From NCBI GenBank assembly GCA_963780685.1, contig CAWACZ010000012.1:195238-259237 (forward strand): a DNA stretch of 64,000 nucleotides, written 5' to 3'. Positions 1-10,555 of this stretch are shown here, piece after piece. Positions within the stretch are counted from its first letter, which is position 1. Every line of letters begins with the position of its first letter. The position numbers and the translations under genes are program-made. The notes under the pieces were generated by a model that saw only the letters and a list, made by a program, of their open reading frames with translations, was not told the DNA's origin and searched no databases. The stretch comes from an uncultured Acidobacteriota bacterium. Lineage in GTDB: Bacteria > Acidobacteriota > Vicinamibacteria > Vicinamibacterales > CAVVIG01.

Positions 1-1573
1 AATCCCAGGGGCGCGCGATCCAGCGCGATGAGCGTGCGAACGAGGACACCGGCGCCGCAGAGCAGGACGACGGTCATGGCGACTTGAACGACGACGAGCG
101 CCTGTCGCACACGGGGCGCGTGACCGGCCTTCGAGCCGCGCGTCCGCAACGCGTCGGCCATCGATCGCCGCGCGAACAGGATCGTCGGTGCGAGGCCGGC
201 GATCGCGCCTGTCGCGAGCGACAGGCCGAACGCGTACATCAGCACGCGTCGATCGATGAACAGCTCGGAGACGCCGAGCAGGTTCGTGGGGGCCACGGCG
301 AGCAGCGCGTCGAGACTCCCGCGCGCGAGCGCGAGGCCGAGCGCGCCGCCGGCGCCGGCGAGCAGCAGGCTTTCGACCAGCAGCGATCGCGCAATCGCCC
401 AGCGTCCCGCCCCGAGTGACGCGCGAATCGCGATCTCGCGCTGGCGCGACGCCGATCGCGCCAGGAGCATGTTGGCGACGTTGAAGCAGGCAATGGCGAG
501 CAGCACGCCCACGCCGGCGAAGAGCACGAGCACCGACGTCCGCACCTGGCCCGTGAGCACCTCGCGGAGAGGCGTCACGGTCACGCTCGTGTTCTTGTTG
601 AACGTGTACGTCGCGGCGAGACGCCGCGCGATGCCCTCCATCTCCGATCGGGCCGTGCCGATCGTCGCGCCGTCGGCGAGGCGTCCGACGACGTGGATGA
701 AACGTCCGTCGGTCGTCTCCCGCCACGGGCGGTTTCGATCGAGCTGCGATGCGGTCCACACGTCGACATCCTGCTGCACGAAGCGAAAGCCGGCGGGCAT
801 CACGCCGACGATCTCGTACGGGCGATCGTCGAGCTGGACCGTGCGGCCGATGGCGCGCCGATCGCCACCCAGCTGGTCCTGCCAGGCGCGGTAGCTGAGC
901 ACGGCGACGCGTGGGCCGTTCGGACGGTCGTCCTCATCGGAGATCGTGCGGCCAAGGAGCGGTGCGACGCCGAGCAGAGGAAAGAATTCCGATGACACCA
1001 GTTGCGCGTTCACGCGTCGCGGCTCGCCGGCGCCGGTCAGCGTGAACGACGCACGCCTCGCCAGGCGGCGAATCGTCGAAACGTGCGGCTCTCGCGCTGC
1101 CAGTCGAGCCAGTTGGCGGGCGAGACGTCGGCGCGCGAGTTGCGACCAGACAACTCGTCGACCATCACGAGCTGGTCGCCGTCTGGGTACGGCAGCGGCC
1201 GCAGCAGGAGCTGATCGACGACGGAGAAGACAGCGGTGTTGCCGCCGATGCCGAGGGCCAGCGTCAGGATCACGGCGAGCGAAAAGCCTGGGCTGCGCCA
1301 GAGACCACGAGCCGCGTGTCTGACGTCTCGCGCGACATCTTCTGCAACGCGCATCGTCCGCTCGTCGTGGCCGCGCTCCTTGAGCCGCGTCAGATTGCCG
1401 AACTGCCGCCGGGCGGCGCGTTGCGCGTCGACGTCGCTCAGCCCGTCACGAGCGTAGTCGCGTGCGAGCGAATCGACATGGAACGCCATCTCGCGCTCCA
1501 TGTCGCGATCCCTCGAGCGCCATTGGAACAATGCGAGTACGCGGCGAATGAAGCGCGGCGGTCGCAGGGCCAT
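1..1573 (-). CDS. ADOP-family ABC-type permease (MacB-like/FtsX); 3' end runs off the window; apparent frameshift near 1045-1055
   Basis: The N-terminus lies in ORF 1037..1573 (MALRPPRFIRRVLALF...GIGGNTAVFSVVDQLLLRPLPYPD). My reverse-complement translation of 961-1080 continues in a different frame as ASFTLTGAGEPRRVNAQLVSSEFFPLLGVAP, the usual continuation for this family. The gene lies directly downstream of a PadR gene. Confidence 0.8.
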
Positions 1574-1574
1574 G

Positions 1575-1919
1575 TCACGCCTCCTGCTCGAGCGCGCGCA
1601 GCACGCGCGCGACGGCGCCGGACAGCCGCAGCCAGCCGTCGAGCTCGGCCTGCGCCGCGCGGCGTCCCTTCCGCGTCAGCGCGTAGAACTTGGCGTTGCG
1701 GTTGTTGCTGGTGGGGCGCCATTCGGCCTCGATCAGGCCCTGTTCTTCCATGCGATAGAGCGCCGGATAGAGCGATCCCTCTTCCACGCGCAGCACATCA
1801 TCGGAGAGCTGATGCAGCCGCGTCGCGATGCCGTAGCCGTGATTTGGTCCCGCCCCCAGCACTTTCAGCACGAGGAGATCCAGCGTGCCCTGCAGCAGAT
1901 CGCCTTTCCGCACCGCCAT
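1575..1919 (-). CDS. PadR family transcriptional regulator
   Basis: 114 aa; LLVLKVLGAGPNHGYGIATRLHQLS...EGSLYPALYRMEEQGLIEAEW is a typical PadR winged helix. It is separated by one nucleotide (1574) from the start of the downstream permease gene. Confidence 0.9.
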   Translation of the reverse strand: MAVRKGDLLQGTLDLLVLKVLGAGPNHGYGIATRLHQLSDDVLRVEEGSLYPALYRMEEQGLIEAEWRPTSNNRNAKFYALTRKGRRAAQAELDGWLRLSGAVARVLRALEQEA

Positions 1920-2268
1920 CGATCCGACTCCTCCCCGACGCGGCTCACTTAGAGCGTCTTGGTGAGTGTCAGTAGAGCACAGTCTTACTTAGACGGTCAA
2001 GGGAAGACGAGGTGCGCGTCGCCAAAACCGACAGCGTCTTCACAACCGACACGAGCCCTCTCGCGCGATCCGAGGTCTTTTGAACCTGCTGGATGTGCTA
2101 CGAAAACCGAAGATGGTCGAGAGCCGGAAGTCCCTTGGCAAAACCGCCAGGGCCGCTCCTCAGATTTCTTTGAGCCGCCCGGTCGCGTACTTGTGTAGCA
2201 GGCTCGCGATCCATCCATCTGTCTACTGCGATAGACACATCGGACAACCCTCGGCTATCCTGGGTCTC

Positions 2269-2474
2269 GTGACCGGGAAGGACCTTCGGCGCATCCTCAG
2301 GTCCCTCGGTTGCGTCGAGAGCCGGCAACGGGGCTCGCATCGACGCGTCGAATGCGGCCACTGTGTGACGACCGTACGGTTCATGCGGGTGAGGACATCG
2401 GGCCCGGTCTGCTGCGCCGTATCGAGCGCGACTTGGAGCCGTGCCTCGGAAAGGGATGGTTGAAGAAGCCGTGA
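2269..2474 (+). pseudogene. hicA: HicA-type toxin (mRNA interferase), one frameshift near 2377
   Basis: GTG start at 2269 gives TGKDLRRILRSLGCVESRQRGSHRRVECGHCVTTV. After a 1-nt shift the text reads VHAGEDIGPGLLRRIERDLEPCLGKGWLKKP* (my translation). This matches HicA's ...GSHxxxxxxxxxxxTVPxHxxxDIxxGxLxxIxxxLG pattern. Confidence 0.7.
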
Positions 2475-2866
2475 AGTCTTATCGCGTGGCGTACGAGCGA
2501 GACGAGTCGGGGTGGTGGGTCGCCACCGTGCGCGGTGTGCGAGGTTGCCACACGCAGGGTCGCACCGTCGACGAGGCTCGGCGCCGCATCCGAGAGGCGC
2601 TGGAACTGTTCGTCGACAATGCGCGCAGGGCTCCGATCGTGGACGACGTGAAGCTGCCGCGTGCTGCGACGAGGGCGATTCGGGCCTACGCGACTCTTCG
2701 CAAAAAGGCCGACGAAGAAGACCGGCGGGCGGCCCGCGCGGCTCGACGCGCCGTCCGCGTATTGCGGACCGGAAGACTGAAGATGAGCGCGCGCGATGCG
2801 GCTCGTCTCCTGGGGCTGTCGCATCAGCGCGTGCACCAGCTCACGCAAGAAGAAGGAAGCGAGTAG
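2456..2866 (+). CDS. hicB: HicB-family antitoxin with C-terminal DNA-binding region
   Basis: KSYRVAYERDESGWWVATVRGVRGCHTQGRTVDEARRRIREALELFV is a HicB N-domain; the C-terminus MSARDAARLLGLSHQRVHQL is HTH-like. It overlaps the hicA 3' end. The track ORF starts at 2441; ATG 2456 is more likely. Confidence 0.75.
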   Translation: MVEEAVKSYRVAYERDESGWWVATVRGVRGCHTQGRTVDEARRRIREALELFVDNARRAPIVDDVKLPRAATRAIRAYATLRKKADEEDRRAARAARRAVRVLRTGRLKMSARDAARLLGLSHQRVHQLTQEEGSE

Positions 2867-3295
2867 CCTTTCGGCTGCGCTGGCTGCAAGCTGGCACATA
2901 CGACAGATGGCGGTTCTTTCGCGGGTCTCTGAGCGTCAACTTTCATTCGGTCCTGGCGAACGGCGTATACGCTCGCCGTCCACGACTTCTGGAAGTTCAC
3001 ATGGAGTCACAGCACGCTGAAGGCCCAGCTCGCCATTACGGCTGCAGCCGGTGTCGCGTATGACCTGTGACACCACTGGGGTGATCAGTCCGCCGACAGT
3101 GACGCGCCGGCCGGCGAGTGGTCGCTGGTTCTACGTCGGTACGGCCGTGTTCATGGTCAGCGTGGCCATGGCGGGCTTTGGCCCTTCGATCATCGACCAG
3201 TCGCGACGGATCGCTCCAGCCACGCCCATGTCGATTGCGCACGGTGTTCTTTGGTAGTCACAACGCAATCTCGTCTTCGCTGAGCGTGGTCCGCC

Positions 3296-3823
3296 TCATG
3301 GACGAGACCTTCTTCGTGATCTGCGATGAATGGAATCGTCGTGCACCAGCCGCTCGAGTTCCGTTCGAATCAGCTGCATGACTTCAACCGTGTCCTTCAG
3401 CCGCATCGTGGACACTTGTAAGTTCAGGCGCGGGCGCCATTCGACCTCAATCTGTTGAATCCGTTGAACCGCCCTTTCGCCCTTGGCCGTCAGCGCGATG
3501 AGCGGCGATTGCCTGTGCGCGGGGTTCGGCACCGCCTCCAGAAGACCGTCCGCGATCAGGGCGTTGACCAGTGGCTGAAAGCGCTGCCGTGACTGCTCGC
3601 GCTCCCGCGCCATCTGCGCGACCGTGCGCGGCCCCGACCGCGCGAGGCCAAGCAGCACGGTGCGGCGCGGTCCCGACAATGGGCCCTTGCCGTGCATTTT
3701 GGCGGCGAGCGCGCTGAGGCGCAGGTACACCCGCACGTTTTCGTCGAAGAACTCGTAGAGCTGGCGCCACCACTTGTCCCCGTGTCCGTCCCTGCGATTG
3801 GCTCGCTTCCACTGTTGTGTCAT
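3296..3823 (-). CDS. MarR family transcriptional regulator
   Basis: ...GPLSGPRRTVLLGLARSGPRTVAQMAREREQSRQRFQPLVNALIADGLLEAVPNPAHRQSPLIALTAKGERAV is a MarR wHTH. I take ATG 3823 (MTQQWKR) as the start rather than the track's 3934. Confidence 0.85.
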   Translation of the reverse strand: MTQQWKRANRRDGHGDKWWRQLYEFFDENVRVYLRLSALAAKMHGKGPLSGPRRTVLLGLARSGPRTVAQMAREREQSRQRFQPLVNALIADGLLEAVPNPAHRQSPLIALTAKGERAVQRIQQIEVEWRPRLNLQVSTMRLKDTVEVMQLIRTELERLVHDDSIHRRSRRRSRP

Positions 3824-3852
3824 GACGATCTCGCTGCCGCTGTCACCTAATA

Positions 3853-3870
3853 CTGACAATCTATTGTCAG
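3853..3870. promoter_or_regulatory. Perfect inverted repeat CTGACAAT-CT-ATTGTCAG in the marR/TonB-receptor divergent intergenic region (candidate MarR operator)
   Basis: Read directly: ctgacaat ct attgtcag. A related half-site, tattgtcca, follows at about 3881-3889. Confidence 0.5.
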
Positions 3871-4007
3871 AATGACCATGTATTGTCCATTGGTGGCGAC
3901 ACTGGCGGCCGCCGCCTCGTGCAATTGCCGCCACATTCGGCCCCCTCGTGATGGCACAGGGCGTGCTCGCGGTCGACGCGCACGGTCTGCGAAGGAGGTA
4001 TCACAAG

Positions 4008-6299
4008 ATGAGGTCGATGAACAGTATCTGCTGGGCGGCCGCGTGGCTGGTCTACGCGTCGGCCAACGCCGCCGACGCACAAACCGCGACGATCGAGGGC
4101 CGCGTCGTCGATGCGCGCTCCAACCAGCCGCTGGCCCGGGTCGTGGTCCACGTCGAGCATCAATCGGTGTTTGCGGACACCGACGCAACGGGCGCGTTCA
4201 CGCTGTCGCTGCCACCAGGCCGGCACACGATCTCGGCGTTCTTAATCGGCTACGCCATCGTCCGTCACGTCGTTGACGTCGGCGTCGGTGCGACAGAGGA
4301 GTTGGTGATCGAGCTCTCGGAAGGCGCGGGCCGCTATGAAGAAGTCGTGACCGTCGAGGGCTCGGTCCGCGACGACACGGACGGCGCGCCTGGCGGTTCC
4401 GTCCTGCACGGACGCGATCTGCAGGCGTTGCGCGGGGTGATGCTGGACGATCCGCTGCGCGCGCTGCAGGCGCTCCCCTCCGCAACCTCGACCAACGACT
4501 TCTATAGCGAGTTCGCCGTGCGCGGCAGCAGCTTCCGTCATCTCGGCCTGGCGATCGACGGCATCCCGGCTCCGTACTTGATCCATACGATTCACGCCGT
4601 GCCTGACGGCGGTTCGATTGCGATGGTCAACAGCGAGGCACTCGGTGCAGCGTCGCTGCGGCCGGGCAGTTACCCGCAACGCCTGGGCCGCCGGCTCAGC
4701 GCGCAAATCGATCTGAGTACGCGCGACGGCGACCGCGAGGGCGTCCACGGCCGTGTGGGGCTGAGCGGAACCAGCGCGAATGCGATTGGCGAGGGCCCAT
4801 TCGCAAGCGGCCGCGGGGCGTGGGTCGCCTCCGTGCGGCGCAGCTATCTCGACTTCCTGCTCGATCGCATCGATCCCGAGGGGAGCGTCGGATTCGGATT
4901 CAGTGACGCGCTCGGCAAAGTCACCTTCGACGTGAACCCACGTCACCAGCTGCAGTTGCTGACGGTGATCGGCCGCTCGCTCTTCGACGAAGCGCCGGAG
5001 GATCTCGGCGTGAATGACGAGGTGCAGGCGAGAAGCCGCGCCTGGCTCACGGCCGCCACGTGGCGGTATACGCCGGCCGCGCGGCTTGCGGTATCGCAGC
5101 GTGTGTATGTGACGGGGATGGACTTCAGGAACGTCAACAAGAACGACGTGCTGCTCGATGGCGGCGAGGCGAACGACGTCGGCTGGCGCGCCGACGCGAC
5201 CTACGCGCTCCGCGATGGATGGATCGCCGAGTTCGGCGGCGACGTGCTGCGATCGACTGCGGCCCGCGCGCGGCAACGCACCTTCGACGGCGCGACCGAG
5301 CCGGTGACGCTCAGCAACTACTCGGCGACCGGCGGCGCGGCCTCCGCGTACGCACAACTATCGGCGCGCATGGGCCCGGTCATCATCACTCCGGGAGCTC
5401 GCGTGGATCGCTGGCAGGCCACCGACACGACCACGTCGTCGCCATGGATCACCGGCGAATGGGCGATGACAAGCACGATGCAACTTAGCGGTGGTGCGGG
5501 TATCTACCGACAGTTCCCCGATCTCACGATGCTGAACGGTCTCAACGGCGACCCGCATCTCCGTCCCGAGCGCGCGGCGCACGCGGACCTCGCCATCGTC
5601 CGGACGTTCGCTGATTCAGTGAGTCTGCAGGTAACGGGCTATCGACGCGACGAGCGCGACGTCTTGCGGATCGCGGACTCGGAGCCGCGGCGATTGACCG
5701 ACGGAACGATTGTGCTGGGGCGCGGCGATGCGCGATGGTCGAATCGCCTGAGCGGCCGCGCGGATGGTGTCGAGGTCCTTCTCCGCCGCGACGCACCGGA
5801 TGCCCTGTCAGGCTGGATCGCGTACGCATACTCTCGACATCGTTACGACGATGTGGTGACAGGCGAGCGGTTTTGGAATGACTACGATCAGCGTCACAGC
5901 CTGTCGACCTACGCGCTCTATCGCCTGTCGAACCGCTCGAGCCTTGGCGCGAAGTTTCGTTACGGCAGCAACTATCCGATCACAGGCTATGTTGGACAGC
6001 AAACATTCTCGCCGAATGCTCCCCCGCTGTTCGGCGGCGAGCGACCGCTGTTCTTTGGCCTCACCGATCTGCGCAACACGCTGCGGCTGCCCGTCTATGC
6101 CCGCCTTGACGTCCGCGCCGACCGCGCCGTGTCGTGGTCGGGACGCCGCGTCACGCTGTTCGTGGAAGTCGCCAACGTGCTGAACCGCCGCAACGAGCGG
6201 AACGTGCCGTATTCGGTCGGCCGCAATGGACAACTGAATGGCGTCACCGATTCGCTGTTGCCCATCGTGCCGTCTGCCGGGTTTGTGATTGAGTTCTAG
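4008..6299 (+). CDS. TonB-dependent receptor-like outer membrane protein with N-terminal carboxypeptidase-regulatory-like domain
   Basis: Signal peptide MRSMNSICWAAAWLVYASANAADA. The TATIEGRVVDARSNQPLARVVVHV...DTDATGAFTLSLPPGRHTISAFLIGY segment is a CarboxypepD_reg fold, followed by plug-like and barrel regions ending in ...SAGFVIEF. An AGGAGG Shine-Dalgarno precedes ATG 4008. Confidence 0.8.
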   Translation: MRSMNSICWAAAWLVYASANAADAQTATIEGRVVDARSNQPLARVVVHVEHQSVFADTDATGAFTLSLPPGRHTISAFLIGYAIVRHVVDVGVGATEELVIELSEGAGRYEEVVTVEGSVRDDTDGAPGGSVLHGRDLQALRGVMLDDPLRALQALPSATSTNDFYSEFAVRGSSFRHLGLAIDGIPAPYLIHTIHAVPDGGSIAMVNSEALGAASLRPGSYPQRLGRRLSAQIDLSTRDGDREGVHGRVGLSGTSANAIGEGPFASGRGAWVASVRRSYLDFLLDRIDPEGSVGFGFSDALGKVTFDVNPRHQLQLLTVIGRSLFDEAPEDLGVNDEVQARSRAWLTAATWRYTPAARLAVSQRVYVTGMDFRNVNKNDVLLDGGEANDVGWRADATYALRDGWIAEFGGDVLRSTAARARQRTFDGATEPVTLSNYSATGGAASAYAQLSARMGPVIITPGARVDRWQATDTTTSSPWITGEWAMTSTMQLSGGAGIYRQFPDLTMLNGLNGDPHLRPERAAHADLAIVRTFADSVSLQVTGYRRDERDVLRIADSEPRRLTDGTIVLGRGDARWSNRLSGRADGVEVLLRRDAPDALSGWIAYAYSRHRYDDVVTGERFWNDYDQRHSLSTYALYRLSNRSSLGAKFRYGSNYPITGYVGQQTFSPNAPPLFGGERPLFFGLTDLRNTLRLPVYARLDVRADRAVSWSGRRVTLFVEVANVLNRRNERNVPYSVGRNGQLNGVTDSLLPIVPSAGFVIEF

Positions 6300-6338
6300 C
6301 TGCGAATGCCGACAGGAGGTGTGATGTTATTTCTTCTC

Positions 6339-6674
6339 TTACGCTGTTGGTTCACGCAGCATGACCAGGAGCATGCGTGACGCTTCCGCGGCCCGAACAG
6401 CGTGAGGCACGTTCGCGGGCATCAGCACCAGGGATTGCGGGATGGTCCGCACTTCGCGACCGCCGATAGTCAGAACGAGCGCTCCGGACAGGGTGAGCAC
6501 GAGCGCATCAAAAGGTGCGGTGTGCTCTGATAGTTCTTCACCCGCGTCGAAGGCGAAGAGCGTGATATTGCCCGCTGCTGTCCGCGCCAGTACACGGCTT
6601 GCGATGCCTTGTGCGGTCGGCGTGACGAGATCTTCCAACGCCCACAGTTCACCGGGCGGAAGCGTGCTCGCCAT
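6339..6674 (-). CDS. Cupin domain protein
   Basis: 111 aa; GNITLFAFDAGEELSEHTAPFDALVLTLSGALVLTIGGREVRTIPQSLVLMPANVPHAV is a cupin two-motif pattern. Confidence 0.8.
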   Translation of the reverse strand: MASTLPPGELWALEDLVTPTAQGIASRVLARTAAGNITLFAFDAGEELSEHTAPFDALVLTLSGALVLTIGGREVRTIPQSLVLMPANVPHAVRAAEASRMLLVMLREPTA

Positions 6675-6681
6675 GACCTTC

Positions 6682-6933
6682 TTAAGCTCCAGCCCTTCTA
6701 GTGCGCTCGATGCGCCGCAGATAGATGAGCAGCCCGACGTTCAGGCCCAACCCACCCGCACTCACTGCAGCTGCCGGCCAGACCACAGAAGCATCTCCAC
6801 CGAGCCAGGCGTTCATGGTCGCGGTGAGCAGCCAGAGTTGAAGAATCACGACGATCAGGACGAAGACCAGCATCCCGTAGACGATGATCGTCCGCTGGTC
6901 GCGGCTGAACGGCCGCTGCGCCGAAGCGCTCAT
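6682..6933 (-). CDS. Small two-TM membrane protein, translationally coupled to the Rieske gene
   Basis: MSASAQRPFSRDQRTIIVYGMLVFVLIVVILQLWLLTATMNAWLGGDASVVWPAAAVSAGGLGLNVGLLIYL. Its ATG overlaps the Rieske TGA (ATGA at 6930-6933). Confidence 0.6.
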   Translation of the reverse strand: MSASAQRPFSRDQRTIIVYGMLVFVLIVVILQLWLLTATMNAWLGGDASVVWPAAAVSAGGLGLNVGLLIYLRRIERTRRAGA

Positions 6934-7577
6934 GTTGTCCTCTCCTCGATCGCGACGGCGTAGATCTCCCGCCCTCTGATGGCGAGCACGATCCGTGTCA
7001 ACGGCCGGCGCGGCGGCCCGGCGGTGGGCGCGCCCGTCCTGAGGTCGAACCGCCCTTCGTGGCAGGGACAGTAGAAGCTGTTCTCGGCCGGCCGGGGAAT
7101 CACGGCACAAGACAAGTGCGTGCACTTCTGGCCGAAGGCGACGAACTCGTTCGTGGTCAGCCGCACCAACAAACAGGGTTCGTGTTCGTCAGGGTAAGTG
7201 AAGACAACCACCCCGCCGACGGCCATATCGTCGATCGAAGCAATCCGCTGCATTGCCGGCTGGCCAGAGCGCTTCCGGTACCAGTTCTGGACGCCAATCC
7301 ACACCTGTCCCAGCGTGAACGCCGCGCTGGTCAGCACGAGGAACTTCATGAAGTCCCGGCGCTCGACATAGAGATCCTGCGGCCAGTCGATCGGGAAGTC
7401 CTGCCGCCAGGCGGGCTGGGCGTCGGCCGGTGCGAAGTTCGGTGCGATGGTGATCTGCTCACGCTCGAGCGGGGGCGCGTAGAGGCTCGCGGGAGCCGTT
7501 CCGGTGAGACCTTCACGTCCCGGCGAGTTGATTGCGGGATCGACCGGGCGACGTGGATCGGGACCGACGTCGGTCAT
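6930..7577 (-). CDS. Rieske [2Fe-2S] protein with a central RR-containing membrane anchor
   Basis: CTHLSCAV...CPCHEGRF is the Rieske motif. ERRDFMKFLVLTSAAFTLGQVWIG resembles the uncleaved Tat anchor of bc1/b6f-type Rieske subunits. Confidence 0.9.
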   Translation of the reverse strand: MTDVGPDPRRPVDPAINSPGREGLTGTAPASLYAPPLEREQITIAPNFAPADAQPAWRQDFPIDWPQDLYVERRDFMKFLVLTSAAFTLGQVWIGVQNWYRKRSGQPAMQRIASIDDMAVGGVVVFTYPDEHEPCLLVRLTTNEFVAFGQKCTHLSCAVIPRPAENSFYCPCHEGRFDLRTGAPTAGPPRRPLTRIVLAIRGREIYAVAIEERTT

Positions 7578-7579
7578 CG

Positions 7580-8257
7580 CTACACCTCGACCTCGGTGAA
7601 CGGGTCGTACTCAGCGGGCGCCGCGGCGGGTGGGGTCACGACCTTCAGCGCCACTGCCCGGCTCCGGGGCTGCTCTTCCATCGCCGCGGTGACATCGACG
7701 TGCGGCGCCACAGTCGCCAGCTTTCGGGGCACCATCACGTACACCTGCGTGGTGATCGTCTGATGGCCGAACTGGAAGGTGTTGACGGGCGTCGAGAGAG
7801 GCCGCAGCTGTTCGATCTGCTCTCGCGTGCCGAAGAAGAGCGCCTGGCTCGGGCACACGGTCGCGCACATCGGCTTCTTGCCGACGCTCGACCGGTCGTA
7901 ACACATGTCGCACTTCATCATGATCTTGCGGTCTTCGTAGAGCTCGGGCACGCCGAACGGGCAGGCCACCACGCAGTTCCCGCAGGCGATGCAGCGTGGC
8001 TTCCGTGCCGATTGCACCACCCCGTCGCCGGTGCGCTTGATGGCGTCCGCCGGACACACCTCGGCGCAGGTGGGCTGGTCGCAGTGCATGCAGACGACGG
8101 GCACGGTCTGCACGCTCTCCGACCGGTTCACATATTCGAGGTGAATCATCGATTCGCCGCGGTGCGTGTCGCACTCGGAGCATGCCTGCACGCAGGCCTG
8201 GCAGCCGATGCAGCGGTTTGGATCGATGAAGAAGTGCAGGTAGTCCGGTTTGCCCAT
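7580..8257 (-). CDS. 4Fe-4S dicluster protein (DMSO-reductase-family beta-subunit-like)
   Basis: Four Cys clusters: [41 protein letters not shown]...CATVCP. Confidence 0.9.
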   Translation of the reverse strand: MGKPDYLHFFIDPNRCIGCQACVQACSECDTHRGESMIHLEYVNRSESVQTVPVVCMHCDQPTCAEVCPADAIKRTGDGVVQSARKPRCIACGNCVVACPFGVPELYEDRKIMMKCDMCYDRSSVGKKPMCATVCPSQALFFGTREQIEQLRPLSTPVNTFQFGHQTITTQVYVMVPRKLATVAPHVDVTAAMEEQPRSRAVALKVVTPPAAAPAEYDPFTEVEV

Positions 8258-8275
8258 GGTGATGGTCGTGCCCGT

Positions 8276-10550
8276 CTATTGCTGCGGCTCGAGCACCGCC
8301 GCGTAGTCCGGCGGTCCATCCGCCCTGCGCACGAGGCACCCGCATACCTTGTACTGCGGGATCTTGCTGATCGGGTCCTGGGCGGCTACCGTCAGTTGGT
8401 TCGCGCTCTTCCGGCCGGCCCAGTGATAGGGGATGAAGATCGTGTCCGGACGGATCGTGGTCACTACCTGCGCTTTGAGCGTGATGGTCCCGCGCCGGGT
8501 CTCGGCCGTCGTCCAATCGCCGTCCGCGATCCCGAGCTTCGCTGCCAGCCGCGGATGCATCTCGATTCGCGGCTCGGCGTACTGTTGCACCAACGGTCCG
8601 ATCCGGCGCGTCTGCGTGCCGGAGAGGAACTGGCTGACGACCCGGCCAGTGGTCAGGTAGATCGGATACTCCTCGCTGGCATCGTCAACCGGCGGGCGAT
8701 ACTCCGCGACGTTGAAGCGCGCGCGGCCGTCGGGAAAGTAGAACGGTCCGCTGCCTTTGGCGACTGGGTTGTAGCTGCCGCGCTCGAAGAGGCGCGGCGT
8801 GCCGGGATGGTCATCGATGGCGGCACCGGTGCGCGGGTCCTCGCTGTAGCACGGCCAGAAGACGCCGAGCTGCTCTGTGATCTTCTCGTAGGTCACGCCC
8901 GAGTAGTCCGCAACACCGCCCTTGCTGGCGACGCGAAGTTCCTCGAAGATCTCGCGCGGCTGGCGGAAGGTGAAGCCGCGCGGCCTGCCCAGGGCCTGCG
9001 CGATGTCCTGGATGATGCGCCAGTCCTCGCGCGCGTCGCCCGGGCATTCCACCGCCTTGTTGATCTTGATGATGCGCCCCTCGACCTGCGTGACCGTGCC
9101 CTCATCTTCCTCGTGCAGACTGCCGGGCAGCACGATGTCGGCGTGCCACGCCGTGTCGTTGAGGAAGAAGTCGATGGCGGTGTAGAACTCGAGCTTCTCG
9201 AGACAGCGCGTGATGAACGCGTTGTCCGGAAGCGATACCTTCGGGTTGAAGCAAATCGACAGCAGCCCCTTGATCTCACCGCGATCGATCTTGCGGAACA
9301 GCTCGTAGGCGTCAACACCTGGCCCTGGAAGCTCCTGCTCGTCAATCCCCCAGACGCCAGCGATGTATCGCCGGTGTTCAGGGTTGCTGATGTCCCGCCA
9401 ACCTGGGAGCTGATCGCACTTCTGCCCGTGCTCGCGACCGCCCTGTCCGTTGGCCTGGCCGACGATGGTGCCGTAGCCGCTCTTCGGCTTGCCGATCCGT
9501 CCCGACGCGAGCACGAGGTTGATCGTGCCGAGCGCGTTCTGGACCCCGTTCGAGTGGTGCTCGATGCCGCGGGCGTGGAAGAGGAAGCTCGTCTTCGCCG
9601 TCCCCCACCATTCGGCAGCCTGCATCAGCGCCCGCTTCGGCACGCCGGTCACTTCAGCGGTCCGAGGCAGCGTCCACTCCCGGCAGTACGCCGCCAGCCT
9701 GCTCGAAGCCGACCGTGTGGGCGTCGATGAACGCGTGATCGAGCCAGTCGCGCTCGATCATGATCTGCAGCACGCCGGCAAAGAGCGCCGCGTCACGCCC
9801 TGGCTTCACAGGCAGGTACAAGTCGCAAGTCCGGGCAGCGGGCGTGATGCGCGGATCCTGGACGATGATCTTCGCGCCCTGCTCGCGCGCCTGCCAGATG
9901 TAGTTCGTGGTGATCGGCGAGCACTCGGCCACGTTCGAGCCGGCGACCCAAATCACCTCGGTCCCGACCATGTCGGACCACGGATTCGTGGTGCGGTCGA
10001 TGCCGAACGCCTTCTTGTTCGCGGCGCCGGCGCTGACCATGCACAGCCGTCCGTTGTAGTCGATGAACGGCGTCTTCAGGCAGACGCGCGCGAACTTGCC
10101 GAGCAGATAGGTCTTCTCTGTCGTCAGGCTCGCGCCGCCGAGGAGGCCGATGGCGCCGGCGCCGTGCGTGTGCTGAATGCGGCCGATCTCGGCGGCGACA
10201 CGGCTGATGGCGTCCGCGTACGGCAGCGGACTGAATCCCGACGCCGAGGACGTATCCCGCCGCAACGCCGTCGTCAACCGATCGGGATGCGAGCCCTGGA
10301 GGTAGCGCTTCACGCCCTTCGGGCAGAGCATGCCGCGATTGAACGGGAAGTCTTCCCATGGCTCGAAGCCAATCACCTGATTGTCGCGGACCTTGAGCTG
10401 AATGCCGCATTGCTGCCCGCAGAAACAGCAATGCGTCTTCACGAGCCGATCCGGCTCGACGCTGGTCGACAGCCGAACGCCCGTCATCGCGGACAGGTGC
10501 GGCCCGAACCGTTCGATGATGCGAAGGGGATCGACCGGAACTTCGGCCAC
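8276..10550 (-). CDS. Molybdopterin oxidoreductase, NasA/NarB-like (probable nitrate reductase catalytic subunit), no Tat signal, apparent frameshift near 9675-9690
   Basis: The N-terminal ORF 9654..10550 has [15 protein letters not shown] (4Fe-4S) and LCPKG. The C-terminal ORF is 8276..9652. My translation across the junction gives GFEQ then, after a 1-nt shift, [32 protein letters not shown]. The two ORFs are in different frames, so this is not an in-frame stop. Confidence 0.85.
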
Positions 10551-10555
10551 GCCGG

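Noticed and set aside
9640-9700. The break in the molybdopterin oxidoreductase as a possible selenocysteine site (as in formate dehydrogenases)
   Set aside because: The two halves are in different reading frames (10550 and 9652 differ modulo 3). The text is restored by a 1-nt shift, not by reading through a TGA. The position is far from the N-terminal Sec/Cys ligand region.
7532-9730. 732-aa plus-strand ORF, among the longest ORFs in the track
   Set aside because: It lies antisense to the well-supported 4Fe-4S and molybdopterin oxidoreductase genes. Its composition is Arg/Ala/Gly/Pro-rich and low-complexity, typical of spurious open frames in high-GC DNA, and it has no recognisable motifs.
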